64,000 bases of DNA, from the NCBI RefSeq assembly GCF_009914755.1, contig NC_060925.1; one strand, written 5' to 3'. The position numbers and the translations under genes are program-made. Positions 28,201-44,200 of the stretch are shown here, piece by piece; the stretch's first letter is position 1, and every line of letters begins with the position of its first letter. This DNA comes from the human T2T-CHM13v2.0 reference genome, Homo sapiens. Below the pieces are notes generated by a model, which had not been told where the DNA came from, searched no databases, and worked only from the letters and a program-made list of their open reading frames with translations.

Positions 28201-31200
28201 ACGGACTCGAATGCAATCATCATCGTATAGAATCGAATGGAATCATCGAATGGACTCGAATGGAATAACCATTGAACGGAATCGAATGGAATCATCATCG
28301 GATGGAAACGAATGGAATCATCATCGAATGGAAATGAAAGGAGTCATCATCTAATGGAATTGCATGGAATCATCATAAAATGGAATCGAATGGAATCATC
28401 ATCAAATGGAATCAAATGGAAGCATTGAACGGAATTGAATGGAATCGTCATCGAATGAATTGAATGCAATCATCGAATGGTCTCTAATGGAATCATCTTC
28501 AAATGGAATGGAATGGAATCATCGCATAGAATCGAATGGAATTATCATCGAATGGAATCGAATGGTATCAACATCAAACGGAAAAAAACGGAATTACCGA
28601 ATGGAATCGAAGAGAATCTTTGAACGGACTCGAATGGAATCATCTAATGGAATGGAATGGAATAATCCATGGACTCGAATGCAATCATCATCGAATGGAA
28701 TCGAATGGAATCATTGAATGGACTCGAATGGAATAATCATTGAACGGAATCGAATGGAATCATCATCGGATGGAAATGAATGGAATCCTCATCGAATGGA
28801 ATCGAATAGAATTATGGAATGAAATCCAGTGTGATCATCATCGAATGGACCCGAATGGAATCATCATCCAACGGAAGCTAATGGAATCAACATCGAATGA
28901 ATCGAATGGAAACACCATCGAATTGAAACGAATGGAATTATCATGAAATTGAAATGGATGGACCCATCATCGAATGGATTCGAATGGAATCATCGAATAA
29001 AATTGATTGAAATCATCATCAAATGGAATCGAATGGTGTCATTGAATGGGATCGAATGGAATCATCGTCAGATGGAAATGAATGGAATCGTCATAGAATG
29101 GAATCGAATGGATTCATTGAATGGAATCAGATGGAATCATCGAATGGACTGGAATGGAATCATTGAATGGACACGAATGGGATCATTATTGAATGGAATT
29201 GAATGGAATCATCGAATGGTCTCGATTGGAATCATTATCAAATGGAATCGAATGGAATCACCGAATAGAATCGAATGGAACAATCATCGAATGGACTCAA
29301 ATGGAATTATCCTCAAATGGAATCGAATGGAATTATCGAATGCAATCGAATGGAATTATCGAATGCAATCGAATAGAATCATCGAATGGACTCGAATGGA
29401 ATCATCGAATGGAATGGAATGGAACAGTCAATGAACTCGAATGGAATCATCATTGAATGGAATCGAATGGAATCATCGAGTGGAATCGAATGGAATTATG
29501 ATCAAATGGAATCGAATGTAATCCTCATCAAATGGAATCAAAAATAACCATCATCAATTGGTATTGAATGGAATTGTCATCAAATGGAATTCAAAGGAAT
29601 CATCATCAAATGGAACCGAATGGAATCCTCATTGAATGGAAATGAAAGTGGTCATCATCTAATGGAATCGCATGGAATCATCATCAAATGGAATCGAGTG
29701 GAATCATCATCAAATGGAATCTAAGGGAATCATTGAACAGAATTGAATGGAATCCTCATCGAATGAATTGAATGCAATCATCGAATGGTCTCGAATGGAA
29801 TCATCTTCAAATGGCAAGGAATGGAATCATCGCATAGAATCGAATGGAATTATCATCGAATGGAATCCAATGGTATCAACATCAAACGGAAAAAAACGGA
29901 ATTATGGAATGGAATCGAAGAGAATCTTCGAACGGACCCGAATGGAATCATCTAATGGAATGGAATGGAATAATCCATGGACTCGAATGCAATCATGATC
30001 AAATGGAATCGAATGGAATCATCGAATGGACTCGAATGGAATAATCATTGAACGGAATCGAATGGAATCATCATCGGATGGAAACGAATGGAATCATCAT
30101 CGAATGGAAATGAAAGGAGTCATCATCTAATGGAATTGCATGGAATCATCATAAAATGGAATCGAAGGGAATCAACATCAAATGGAATCAAATGGAATCA
30201 TTGAACGGAATTGAATGGAATCGTCATCGAATGAATTGACTGCAATCATCGAATGGTCTCGAATGGAATCATCTTCAAATGGAATGGAATGGAATCATCG
30301 CATAGAATCGAATGGAATTATCATCGAATGGATTCGAATGGAATCAACATCAAACGGAAAAAAACGGAATTATCGAATGGAATCGAAGGGAATCATCGAA
30401 TGGACCCGAATGGAATCATCTAATGGAATGGAATGGAATAATCCATGGACTCGAATGCAATCATCATCGAATGGAATCGAATGGAATCATCGAATGGACT
30501 CGAATGGAATAATCATTGAACGGAATCGAATGGAATCATCATCGGATGGAAATGAATGGAATCATCATCGAATGGAATCGAATAGAATTATGGAATGAAA
30601 TCCAGTGTGATCATCATCGAATGGACAAGAATGGAATCATCATCCAACGGAAGCTAATGGAATCAACATCGAATGAATCAAATGGAAACACCATCGAATT
30701 GAAACGAATGGGATTACCATGAAATTGAAATGGATGGACTCATCATCGAATGGATTCGAATGGAATCATCGAATAAAATTGATTGAAATCATCATCGAAT
30801 GGAATCGAATGGTATCATTGAATGGAATCGAATGGAATCATCATCAGATGGAAATGAATGGAATCGTCATAGAATGGAATCGAATGGATTCATTGAATGG
30901 AATCAGATGGAATCATCGAATGGACTGGAATGGAATCATTGAATGGACTCGAAAGGGATCATTATTGAATGGAATTGAATGGAATCATCGAATGGTCTCG
31001 ATTGGAATCATTATCAAATGGAATCGAATGGAATCACCGAATAGAATCGAATGGAACAATCATCGAATGGACTCAAATGGAATTATCCTCAAATGGAATC
31101 GAATGGAATTATCGAATGCAATCGAATGGAATTATCGAATGCAATCGAATAGAATCATCGAATGGACTCGAATGGAATCATCGAATGGAGTGGAATGGAA

Positions 31201-34200
31201 CAGTCAATGAACTCGAATGGAATCATCATTGAATGGAATCGAATGGAATCATCGAGTGGAATCGAATGGAATTATGATCAAATGGAATCGAATGTAATCA
31301 TCATCAAATGGAATCAAAAATAACCATCATCAATTGGTATTGAATGGAATTCTCATCAAATGGAATTCAAAGGAATCATCATCAAATGGAACCGAATGGA
31401 ATCCTCATTGAATGGAAATGAAAGGGGTCATCATCTAATGGAATCGCATGGAATCATCATCAAATTGAATCGAATGGAATCATCATCAAATGGAATCTAA
31501 TGGAATCATTGAACAGAATTGAATGGAATCGTCATCGAATGAATTGAATGCAATCATCGAATGGTCTCGAATGGAATCATCTTCTAATGGAAAGGAATGG
31601 AATCATCGCATAGAAACGAATGGAATTATCATCGAATGGAATCGAATGGTATCAACACCAAACGGAAAAAAACGGAATTATCGAATGGAATCGAAGAGAA
31701 TCTTCGAACGGACCCGAATGGAATCATCTAATGGAATGGAATGGAATAATCCATGGACTCGAATGCAATGATCATCGAATGGAATCCAATGGAATCATCG
31801 AATGGACTCGAATGGAATAATCATAGAACGGAATCGAATGGAATCATCATCGGATGGAAACGAATGGAATCATCATCGAATGGAATCGAATAGAATTATG
31901 GAATGAAATCCAGTGTGATCATCATCGAATGGACCCGAATGGAATCATCATCCATCGGAAGCTAATGGAATCAACATCGAATGAATCAAATGGAAACACC
32001 ATCGAATTGAAACGAATGGAATTACCATGAAATTGAAATGGATGGACTCATCATCAAATGGATTCGAATGGAATCATCGAATAAAATTGATTGAAATCAT
32101 CATCGAATGGAATCGAATGGTATCATTGAATGGAATCGAATGGAATCATCATCAGATGGAAATGAATGGAATCGTCATAGAATGGAATCGAATGGATTCA
32201 TTGAATGGAATCAGATGGAATCATTGAATGGACTGGAATGGAATCATTGAATGGACTCGAAAGGGATCATTATTGAATGGAATTGAATGGAATCATCGAA
32301 TGGTCTCGATTGGAATCATTATCAAATGGAATCGAATGGAATCACCGAATAGAATCGAATGGAACAATCATCGAATGGACTCAAATGGAATTATCCTCCA
32401 ATGGAATCGAATGGAATTATCGAATGCAATCGAATGGAATTATCGAATGCAATCGAATAGAATCATCGAATGGACTCGAATGGAATCATCGAATGGAATG
32501 GAATGGAACAGTCAATGAACTCGAATGGAATCATCATTGAATGGAATCGAATGGAATCATCGAGTGGAATCGAAAGGAATTATGACCAAATGGAATCGAA
32601 TGTAATCATCATCAAATGGAATCAAAAATAACCATCATGAATTGGTATTGAATGGAATTGTCATCAAATGGAATTCAAAGGAATCATCATCAAATGGAAC
32701 CGAATGGAATCCTCATTGAATGGAAATGAAAGGGGTCATCATCTAATGGAATCGCATGGAATCATCATCAAATGGAATCGAATGGAATCAACATCAAAAG
32801 GAATCAAATGGAATCATTGAACGGAATTGAATGGAATCATCATCGAATGAATTGAATGCAATCATCGAATGGTCTCGAATGAAATCATCTTCAAATGGAA
32901 TGGAATGGAATCATCGCATAGAATCGAATGGAATTATCATCGAATGGAATCGAATGGTATCAACATCAAACGGAAAAAAACGGAATTATCGAATGGAATC
33001 GAAGAGAATCCTCGAACGGACCCGAATGGAATCATCTAATGGAATGGAATGGAATAATCCATGGAGTCGAATGCAATCATCATCGAATGGAATCGAATGG
33101 AATCATCGAATGGACTCGAATGGAATAATCATTGAACGGAATCGAATGGAATCATCTTCGGATGTAAACGAATGGAATCATCATGGAATGGAAATGAGAG
33201 GAATCATCATCTAATGGAATTGCATGGAATCATCATAAAATGGAATCGAATGGAATCAACATCAAATGGAATCAAATGTAATCATTGAACGGAATTGAAT
33301 GGAATCGTCATCGAATGAATTGAATGAAATCATCGAATGGTCTCGAATGGAATCATCTTCAAATGGAATGGAATGGAATCATCGCATAGAATCGAATGGA
33401 ATTATCATCGAATGGAATCGAATGGAATCAACATCAAACGGAAAAAAACGGAATTATCGAATGGAATCGAAGAGAATCATCGAATGGACCCGAATGGAAT
33501 CATCTAATGGAATGGAATGGAATAATCCGTGGACTCGAATGCAATCATCATCGAATGGAATCGAATGGAATCATCGAATGGACTCGAATGGAATAAACAT
33601 TGAACGGAATCGAATTGAATCATCATCGGATGGAAATGAATGGAATCATCATCGAATGGAATCGAATAGAATTATGGAATGAAATCCAGTGTGATCATCA
33701 TCGAATGGACCCGAATGGAATCATCATCCATCGGAAGCAAATGGAAGCAACATCGAATGAATCGAATGGAAACACCATCGAATTGAAACGAATGGAATTA
33801 TCATGAAATTGAAATGGATGGACTCATCATCGAATGGATTCGAATGGAATCATCGAATAAAATTGATTGAAATCATCATCAAATGGAATCGAATGGTATC
33901 ATTGAATGGAATCGAATGGAATCATCATCAGATGGAAATGAATGGAATCGTCATAGAATGGAATCGAATGGATTCATTGAATGGAATCAGATGGAATCAT
34001 CGAATGGACTGGAATGGAATCATTGAATGGACTCGAAAGGGATCATTATTGAATGGAATTGAATGGAATCATCGAATGGTCTCGATTGGAATCATTATCA
34101 AATGGAATCGAATGGAATCACCGAATAGAATCGAATGGAACAATCATCGAATGGACTCAAATGGAATTATCCTCCAATGGAATCGAATGGAATTATTGAA

Positions 34201-36273
34201 TACAATCGAATGGAATTATCGAATGCAATCGAATAGAATCATCGAATGGACTCGAATGGAATCATCGAATGGAATGGAATGGAACAGTCAATGAACTCGA
34301 ATGGAATCATCATTGAATGGAATCGAATGGAATCATCGAGTGGAATCGAAAGGAATTATGACCAAATGGAATCGAATGTAATCATCATCAAATGGAATCA
34401 AAAATAACCATCATGAATTGGTATTGAATGGAATTGTCATCAAATGGAATTCAAAGGAATCATCATCAAATGGAACCGAATGGAATCCTCATTGAATGGA
34501 AATGAAAGGGGTTATCATCTAATGGAATCGCATGGAATCATCATCAAATGGAATCGAATGGAATCATCATCAAATGGAATCTAATGGAATCATTGAAAAG
34601 AATTGAATGGAATCGTCATCGAATGAATTGAATGCAATCATCGAATGGTCTCGAATGGAATCATCTTCTAATGGAAAGGAATGGAATCATCGCATAGAAT
34701 CGAATGGAATTATCATCGAATGGAATCGAATGGTATCAACACCAAACGGAAAAAAACGGAATTATCGAATGGAATCGAAGAGAATCTTCGAACGGACCCG
34801 AATGGAATCATCTAATGGAATGGAATGGAATAATCCATGGACTCGAATGCAATCATCATCGAATGGAATCGAATGGAATCATCGAATGGACTCGAATGGA
34901 ATAATCATTGAACGGAATCGAATGGAATCATCATCGGATGGAAACGAATGGAATCATCATCGAATGGAAATGAAAGGAGTCATCATCTAATGGAATTGCA
35001 TGGAATCATCATCAAATGGAATCGAATGGAATCAACATCAAATGGAATCAAATGGAATCATTGAACGGAATTGAATGGAATCGTCATCGAATGAATTGAC
35101 TGCAATCATCGAATGGTCTCGAATGGAATCATCTTCAAATGGAATGGAATGGAATCATCGCATAGAATCGAATGGAATTATCATCGAATGGAATCGAATG
35201 GAATCAACATCAAACGGAAAAAAACGGAATTATCGAATGGAATCGAAGAGAATCATCGAATGGACCCGAATGGAATCATCTAATGGAATGGAATGGAATA
35301 ATCCATGGACTCGAATGCAATCATCACCGAATGGAATCGAATGGAATCATCGAATGGACTCGAATGGAATAATCATTGAACGGAATCGAATGGAATCATC
35401 ATCGGATGGAAATGAAAGGAGTCATCATCTAATGGAATTGCATGGAATCATCATAAAATGGAATCGAATGGAATCAACATCAAATGGAATCAAATGGAAT
35501 CATTGAACGGAATTGAATGGAATCGTCATCGAATGAATTGAATGCAATCATCGAATGGTCTCGAATGGAATCATCTTCAAATGGAATGGAATGGAATGGA
35601 ATCATCGCATAGAATCGAATGGAATTATCATCGAATGGAATCGAATGGAATCAACATCAAACGGAAAAATACGGAATTATCGAATGGAATCGAAGAGAAT
35701 CATCGAATGGACCCGAATGGAATCATCTAATGGAATGGAATGGAATAATCCATGGACTCGAATGCAATCATCATCGAATGGAATCGAATGGAATCATCGA
35801 ATGGACTCGTATGGAATAATCATTGAACGGAATCAAATGGAATCGTCATCGGATGGAAATGAATGGAATCATCATCGAATGGAATCGAATAGAATTATGG
35901 AATGAAATCCAGTGTGATCATCATCGAATGGACCCGAATGGAATCATCATCCAACGGAAGCTAATGGAATCAACATCGAATGAATCGAATGGAAACGCCA
36001 TCGAATTGAAACGAATGGAATTACAATGAAATTGAAATGGATGGACTCATCATCGAATGGATTCCAATGGAATCATCGAATAAAATTGATTGAAATCATC
36101 ATCGAATGGTATCGAATGGTATCATTGAATGGAATCGAATGGAATCATCATCAGATGGAAATGAATGGAATCGTCATAGAATGGAATCGAATGGATTCAT
36201 TGAATGGAATCAGATGGAATCATCGAATGGACTGGAATGGAATCATTGAATGGACTCGAAAGGGATCATGATT
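13272..36273 (+). repeat. Domain with ~8.8-kb five-unit organisation (A-B'-D-E-C and rearranged derivatives)
   Basis: The order is A(13272) B'(15048) D(16356) E(18579) C(20332) A(22108) B'(23884) D(25192) E/C(27389) A(29191) B'(30967) D/E(32275) D(34051). The first cycle is 8836 bp long. Confidence 0.75.
16356..18578 (+). repeat. 2223-bp long unit (type D; three sub-repeats); further copies at 25192-27388 (2197 bp) and 34051-36273 (2223 bp)
   Basis: There are three CGCATAGAATCG/ACGGAAAAA blocks per unit. Shared markers are GAAAGGAATTATGACC, CATGAATTGG, GGGGTTATC, ACGGAAAAATACGG, GACTCGTATGG, AAACGCCATC and GGATTCCAATGG, plus an extra GGAAT pentamer. Confidence 0.9.
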
Positions 36274-37799
36274 GAATGGAATTGAATGGAATCATCGAAT
36301 GGTCTCGATTGGAATCATTATCAAATGGAATCGAATGGAATCACTGAATAGAATCGAATGGAACAATCATCGAATGGACTCAAATGGAATTATCCTCAAA
36401 TGGAATCGAATGGAATTATCGAATGCAATCGAATGGAATTATCGAATGCAATCGAATAGAATCATCGAATGGACTCGAATGGAATCATCGAATGGAATGG
36501 AATGGAACAGTCAATGAACTCGAATGGAATCATCATTGAATGGAATCGAATGGAATCATCGAGTGGAATCGAATGGAATTATGATCAAATGGAATCGAAT
36601 GTAATCATCATCAAATGGAATCAAAAATAACCATCATCAACTGGTATTGAATGGAATTCTCATCAAATGGAATTCAAAGGAATCATCATCAAATGGAACT
36701 GAATGGAATCCTCATTGAATGGAAATGAAAGGGGTCATCATCTAATGGAATCGCATGGAATCATCATCAAATGGAATCGAATGGAATCATCATCAAATGG
36801 AATCTGATGGAATCATTGAACAGAATTGAATGGAATCGTCATCGAATGAATTGAATGCAATCATCGAATGGTCTCGAATGTAATCACATTCTAATGGAAA
36901 GGAATGGAATCATCGCATAGAATCGAATGGAATTAACATTGAATGGACTCGAATGGAATCAACATCAAACGGAATCAAGCGGAATTATCGAATGGAATCG
37001 AAGAGAATCATCGAATGGACTCGAATGGAATCATCTAATGAAATGGAATGGAATAATCCACGGACCCGAATGCAATCATCATCGTATAGAATCGAATGGA
37101 ATCATCGAATGGACTCGAATGGAATAATCATTGAACGGAATCGAATGGAATCATCATCGGATGGAAACGAATGGAATCATCATCGAATGGAAATGAAAGG
37201 AGTCATCATCTAATGGAATTGCATGGAATCATCATCAAATGGAATCGAATGGAATCAACATCAAATGGAATCAAATGGAATCATTGAACGGAATTGAATG
37301 GAATCATCATCGAATGAATTGAATGCAATCATCGAATGGTCTCGAATGAAATCATCTTCAAATGGAATGGAATGGAATCATCGCATAGAATCGAATGGAA
37401 TTATCATCGAATGGAATCGAATGGTATCAACACCAAACGGAAAAAAACGGAATTATCGAATGGAATCGAAGAGAATCTTCGAACGGACCCGAATGGAATC
37501 ATCTAATGGAATGGAATGGAATAATCCATGGACTCGAATGCAATCATCATCGAATGGAATCGAATGGAATCATCGAATGGACTCGAATGGAATAATCATT
37601 GAACGGAATCGAATGGAATCATCATCGGATGGAAACGAATGGAATCATCATCGAATGGAATCGAATAGAATTATGGAATGAAATCCAGTGTGATCATCAT
37701 CGAATGGACCCGAATGGAATCATCATCCAACGGAAGCTAATGGAATCAACATCGAAAGAATCAAATGGAAACACCATCGAATTGAAACGAATGGAATTA

Positions 37800-40700
37800 C
37801 CATGAAATTGAAATGGATGGACTCATCATCGAATGGATTCGAATGGAATCATCGAATAAAATTGATTGAAATCATCATCGAATGGAATCGAATGGTATCA
37901 TTGAATGGAATCGAATGGAATCATCATCAGATGGAAATGAATGGAATCGTCATAGAATGGAATCGAATGGATTCATTGAATGGAATCAGATGGAATCATC
38001 GAACGGATTGGAATGGAATCATTGAATGGACTCGGAAGGGTTCATGATTGAATGGAATTGAATGGAATCATCGAATGGTCTCGATTGGAATCATTATCAA
38101 ATGGAATCGAATGGAATCACCGAATAGAATCGAATGGAACAATCATCGAATGGACTCAAATGGAATTATCCTCAAATGGAATCGAATGGAATTATTGAAT
38201 GCAATCGAATGGAATTATCGAATGCAATCGAATAGAATCATCGAATGGACTCGAATGGAATCATCGAATGGAATGGAATGGAACAGTCAATGAACTCGAA
38301 AGGAATCATCATTGAATGGAATCGAATGGAATCATCGAGTGGAATCGAATGGAATTATGATCAAATGGAATCGAATGTAATCATCATCAAATGGAATCAA
38401 AAATAACCATCATCAATTGGTATTGAATGGAATTGTCATCAAATGGAATTCAAAGGAATCGTTCATCAAATGGAACCGAATGGAATCCTCATTGAATGGA
38501 AATGAAAGGGGTCATCATCTAATGGAATCGCATGGAATCATCATCAAATGGAATCGAATGGAATCATCATCAAATGGAATCTAATGGAATCATTGAACAG
38601 AATTGAATGGAATCGTCATCGGATGAATTGAATGCAATCATCGAATGGTCTCGAATGGAATCATCTTCTAATGGAAAGGAATGGAATCATCGCATAGAAA
38701 CGAATGGAATTATCATCGAATGGAATCGAATGGTATCAACACCAAACGGAAAAAAACGGAATTATCGAATGGAATCGAAGAGAATCTTCGAACGGACCCG
38801 AATGGAATCATCTAATGGAATGGAATGGAATAATCCATGGACTCGAATGCAATCATCATCGAATGGAATCGAATGGAATCATCGAATGGACTCGAATGGA
38901 ATAATCATTGAACGGAATCGAATGGAATCATCATCGGATGGAAACGAATGGAATCATCATCGAATGGAATCGAATAGAATTATGGAATGAAATCCAGTGT
39001 GATCATCATCGAATGGACCCGAATGGAATCATCATCCAACGGAAGCTAATGGAATCAACATCGAATGAATCAAATGGAAACACCATCGAATTGAAACGAA
39101 TGGAATTACCATGAAATTGAAATGGATGGACTCATCATCGAATGGATTCGAATGGAATCATCGAATAAAATTGATTGAAATCATCATCGAATGGAATCGA
39201 ATGGTATCATTGAATGGAATCGAATGGAATCATCATCAGATGGAAATGAATGGAATCGTCATAGAATGGAATCGAATGGATTCATTGAATGGAATCAGAT
39301 GGAATCATCGAACGGACTGGAATGGAATCATTGAATGGACTCGAAAGGGATCATGATTGAATGGAATTGAATGGAATCATCGAATGGTCTCGATTGGAAT
39401 CATTATCAAATGGAATCGAATGGAATCACCGAATAGAATCGAATGGAACAATCATCGAATGGACTCAAATGGAATTATCCTCAAATGGAATCGAATGGAA
39501 TTATTGAATGCAATCGAATGAAATTATCGAATGCAATCGAATAGAATCATCGAATGGACTCGAATGGAATCATCGAATGGAATGGAATGGAACAGTCAAT
39601 GAACTCGAATGGAATCATCATTGAATGGAATCGAATGGAATCATCGAGTGGAATCGAATGGAATTATGATCAAATGGAATCGAATGTAATCATCATCAAA
39701 TGGAATCAAAAATAACCATCATCAATTGGTATTGAATGGAATTGTCATCAAATGGAATTCAAAGGAATCGTTCATCAAATGGAACCGAATGGAATCCTCA
39801 TTGAATGGAAATGAAAGGGGTCATCATCTAATGGAATCGCATGGAATCATCATCAAATTGAATCGAATGGAATCATCATCAAATGGAATCTAATGGAATC
39901 ATTGAACAGAATTGAATGGAATCGTCATCGAATGAATTGAATGCAATCATCGAATGGTCTCGAATGGAATCATCTTCTAATGGAAAGGAATGGAATCATC
40001 GCATAGAAACGAATGGAATTATCATCGAATGGAATCGAATGGTATCAACACCAAACGGAAAAAAACGGAATTATCGAATGGAATCGAAGAGAATCTTCGA
40101 ACGGACCCGAATGGAATCATCTAATGGAATGGAATGGAATAATCCATGGACTCGAATGCAATCATCATCGAATGGAATCGAATGGAATCATCGAATGGAC
40201 TCGAATGGAATAATCATTGAACGGAATCGAATGGAATCATCATCGGATGGAAACGAATGGAATCATCATCGAATGGAATCGAATAGAATTATGGAATGAA
40301 ATCCAGTGTGATCATCATCGAATGGACCCGAATGGAATCATCATCCAACGGAAGCTAATGGAATCAACATCGAATGAATCGAATGGAAACACCATCGAAT
40401 TGAAACGAATGGAATTACCATGAAATTGAAATGGATGGACTCATCATCGAATGGATTCGAATGGAATCATCGAATAAAATTGATTGAAATCATCATCGAA
40501 TGGAATCGAATGGTATCATTGAATGGAATCGAATGGAATCATCATCAGATGGAAATGAATGGAATCGTCATAGAATGGAATCGAATGGATTCATTGAATG
40601 GAATCAGATGGAATCATCGAACGGATTGGAATGGAATCATTGAATGGACTCGGAAGGGATCATGATTGAATGGAATTGAATGGAATCATCGAATGGTCTC

Positions 40701-41200
40701 GATTGGAATCATTATCAAATGGAATCGAATGGAATCACCGAATAGAATCGAATGGAACAATCATCGAATGGACTCAAATGGAATTATCCTCAAATGGAAT
40801 CGAATGGAATTATTGAATGCAATCGAATGGAATTATCGAATGCAATCGAATAGAATCATCGAATGGACTCGAATGGAATCATCGAATGGAATGGAATGGA
40901 ACAGTCAATGAACTCGAATGGAATCATCATTGAATGGAATCGAATGGAATCATCGAGTGGAATCGAATGGAATTATGATCAAATGGAATCGAATGTAATC
41001 ATCATCAAATGGAATCAAAAATAACCATCATCAATTGGTATTGAATGGAATTGTCATCAAATGGAATTCAAAGGAATCGTTCATCAAATAGAACCGAATG
41101 GAATCCTCATTGAATGGAAATGAAAGGGGTCATCATCTAATGGAATCGCATGGAATCATCATCAAATTGAAACGAATGGAATCATCATCAAATGGAATCT
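37800..41200 (+). repeat. Block of type G units (1309-bp spacing), copy 1; boundaries approximate
   Basis: Anchors at 37802, 39111 and 40420 are 1309 bp apart. The 1-bp insertion marker GGAATCGTTCATC occurs at ~38455, ~39764 and ~41073. GAACGGA(T/C)TGG and GGAATTATTGAATGC are further markers. Confidence 0.85.
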
Positions 41201-44200
41201 AATGGAATCATTGAACAGAATTGAATGGAATCGTCATCGAATGAATTGAATGCAAACATCGAATGGTCTCGAATGGAATCATCTTCTAATGGAAAGGAAT
41301 GGAATCATCGCATAGAAACGAATGGAATTATCATCGAATGGAATCGAATGGTATCAACACCAAACGGAAAAAAACGGAATTATCGAATGGAATCGAAGAG
41401 AATCTTCGAACGGACCCGAATGGAATCATCTAATGGAATGGAATGGAATAATCAATGGACTCGAATGCAATCATCATCGAATGGAATCGAATGGAATCAT
41501 CGAATGGACTCGAGTGGAATAATCATTGAACGGAATCGAATGGAATCATCATCGGATGGAAACGAATGGAATCATCATCGAATGGAAATGAAAGGAGTCA
41601 TCATCTAATGGAATTGCATGGAATCATCATAAAATGGAATCGAATGGAATCAACATCAAATGGAATCAAATGGAATCATTGAACGGAATTGAATGGAATC
41701 GTCATCGAATAAATTGAATGCAATCATCGAATGGTCTCGAATGGAATTATCTTCAAATGGAATGGAATGGAATCATCGCATAGAATCGAATGGAATTATC
41801 ATCAAATGGAATCAAATGGAATCAACATCAAACGGAAAAAAACGGAATTATCGAATGGAATCGAAGAGAATCATCGAATGGACCCGAATGGAATCATCTA
41901 ATGGAATGGAATGGAATAACCCATGGACTCGAATGCAATCATCATCGAATGGAATCGAATGGAATCATCGAATGGACTCGAATGGAATAATCATTGAACG
42001 GAATCGAATGGAATCATCATCGGATGGAAATGAAAGGAGTCATCATCTAATGGAATTGCATGGAATCATCATAAAATGGAATCGAATGGAATCAACATCA
42101 AATGGAATCAAATGGAATCATTGAACGGAATTGAATGGAATCGTCATCGAATGAATTGAATGCAATCATCGAATGGTCTCGAATGGAATCATCTTCAAAT
42201 GGAATGGAATGGAATCATCGCATAGAATCGAATGGAATTATCATCGAATGGAATCGAATGGAATCAACATCAAACGGAAAAAAACGGAATTATCGAATGG
42301 AATCGAAGAGAATCATCGAATGGACCCGAATGGAATCATCTAATGGAATGGAATGGAATAATCCATGGACTCGAATGCAATCATCATCGAATGGAATCGA
42401 ATGGAAACATCCAATGGACTCGAATGGAATAATCATTGAACGGAATCGAATGGAATCATCATCGGATGGAAATGAATGGAATCATCATCGAATGGAATCG
42501 AATAGAATTATGGAATGAAATCCAGTGTGATCATCATCGAATGGACCCGAATGGAATCATCATCCAACGGATGCTAATGGAATCAACATCGAATGAATCA
42601 AATGGAAACACCATCGAATTGAAACGAATGGAATTACCATGAAATTGAAATGGATGGACTCATCATCGAATGGATTCGAAAGGAATCATCGAATAAAATT
42701 GATTGAAATCATCATCGAATGGAATCGAATGGTATCATTGAATGGAATCGAATGGAATCATCATCAGATGGAAATGAATGGAATCGTCATAGAATGGAAT
42801 CGAATGGATTCATTGAATGGAATCAAATGGAATCATCGAATGGACTGGAATGGAATCATTGAATGGACTCGAAAGAGATCATGATTGAATGGAATTGAAT
42901 GGAATCATCGAATGGTCTCGATTGGAATCATTATCAAATGGAATCGAATGGAATCACCGAATAGAATCGAATGGAACAATCATCGAATGGACTCAAATGG
43001 AATTATTCTCAAATGGAATCGAATGGAATTATCAAATGCAATCGAATGGAATTATCGAATGCAATCGAATAGAATCATCGAATGGACTCGAATGGAATCA
43101 TCGAATGGAATGGAATGGAACAGTCAATGAACTCGAATGGAATCATCATTGAATGGAATCGAATGGAATCATTGAGTGGAATCGAATGGAATTATGATCA
43201 AATGGAATCGAATGTAATCATCATCAAATGGAATCAAAAATAACCATCATCAATTGGTATTGAATGGAATTGTCATCAAATGGAATTCAAAGGAAACATC
43301 ATCAAATGGAACCGAATGGAATCCTCATTGAATGGAAATGAAAGGGGTCATCATCTAATGGAATCGCATGGAATCATCATCAAATGGAATCGAATGGAAT
43401 CATCATCAAATGGAATCTAATGGAATCATTGAACAGAATTGAATGGAATCGTCATCGAATGAATTGAATGCAATCATCGAATGGTCTCGAATGGAACCAT
43501 CTTCTAATGGAAAGGAATGGAATCATCGCATAGAATCGAATGGAATTGTCATCGAATGGAATCGAATGGTATCAACACCAAACGGAAAAAAACGGAATTA
43601 TCGAATGGAATCGAAGAGAATCTTCGAACGGACCCGAATGGAATCATCTAATGGAATGGAATGGAATAATCCATGGACTCGAATGCAATCATCATCGAAT
43701 GGAATGGAATGGAATCATCGAATGGACTCGAATGGAATAATCATTGAACGGAATCGAATGGAATCATCATCGGATGGAAACGAATGGAATCATCATCGAA
43801 TGGAAATGAAAGGAGTCATCATCTAATGGAATTGCATGGAATCATCATCAAATGGAATCGAATGCAATCAACATCAAATGGAATCAAATGGAATCATTGA
43901 ACGAAATTGAATGGAATCGTCATCGAATTAATTGAATGCAATCATCGAATGGTCTCGAATGGAATCATCTTCAAATGGAATGGAATGGAATCATCGCATA
44001 GAATCGAATGGAATTATCATCGAATGGAATCGAATGGTATCAACATCAAACGGAAAAAAACGGAATTATCGAATGGAATCGAAGAGAATCTTCGAACGGA
44101 CCCGAATGGAATCATCTAATGGAATGGAATGGAATCATCCATGGACTGGAAGGCAATCATCATTGAACGGAATCGAAAGGAATCATCATCGGATGGAAAC

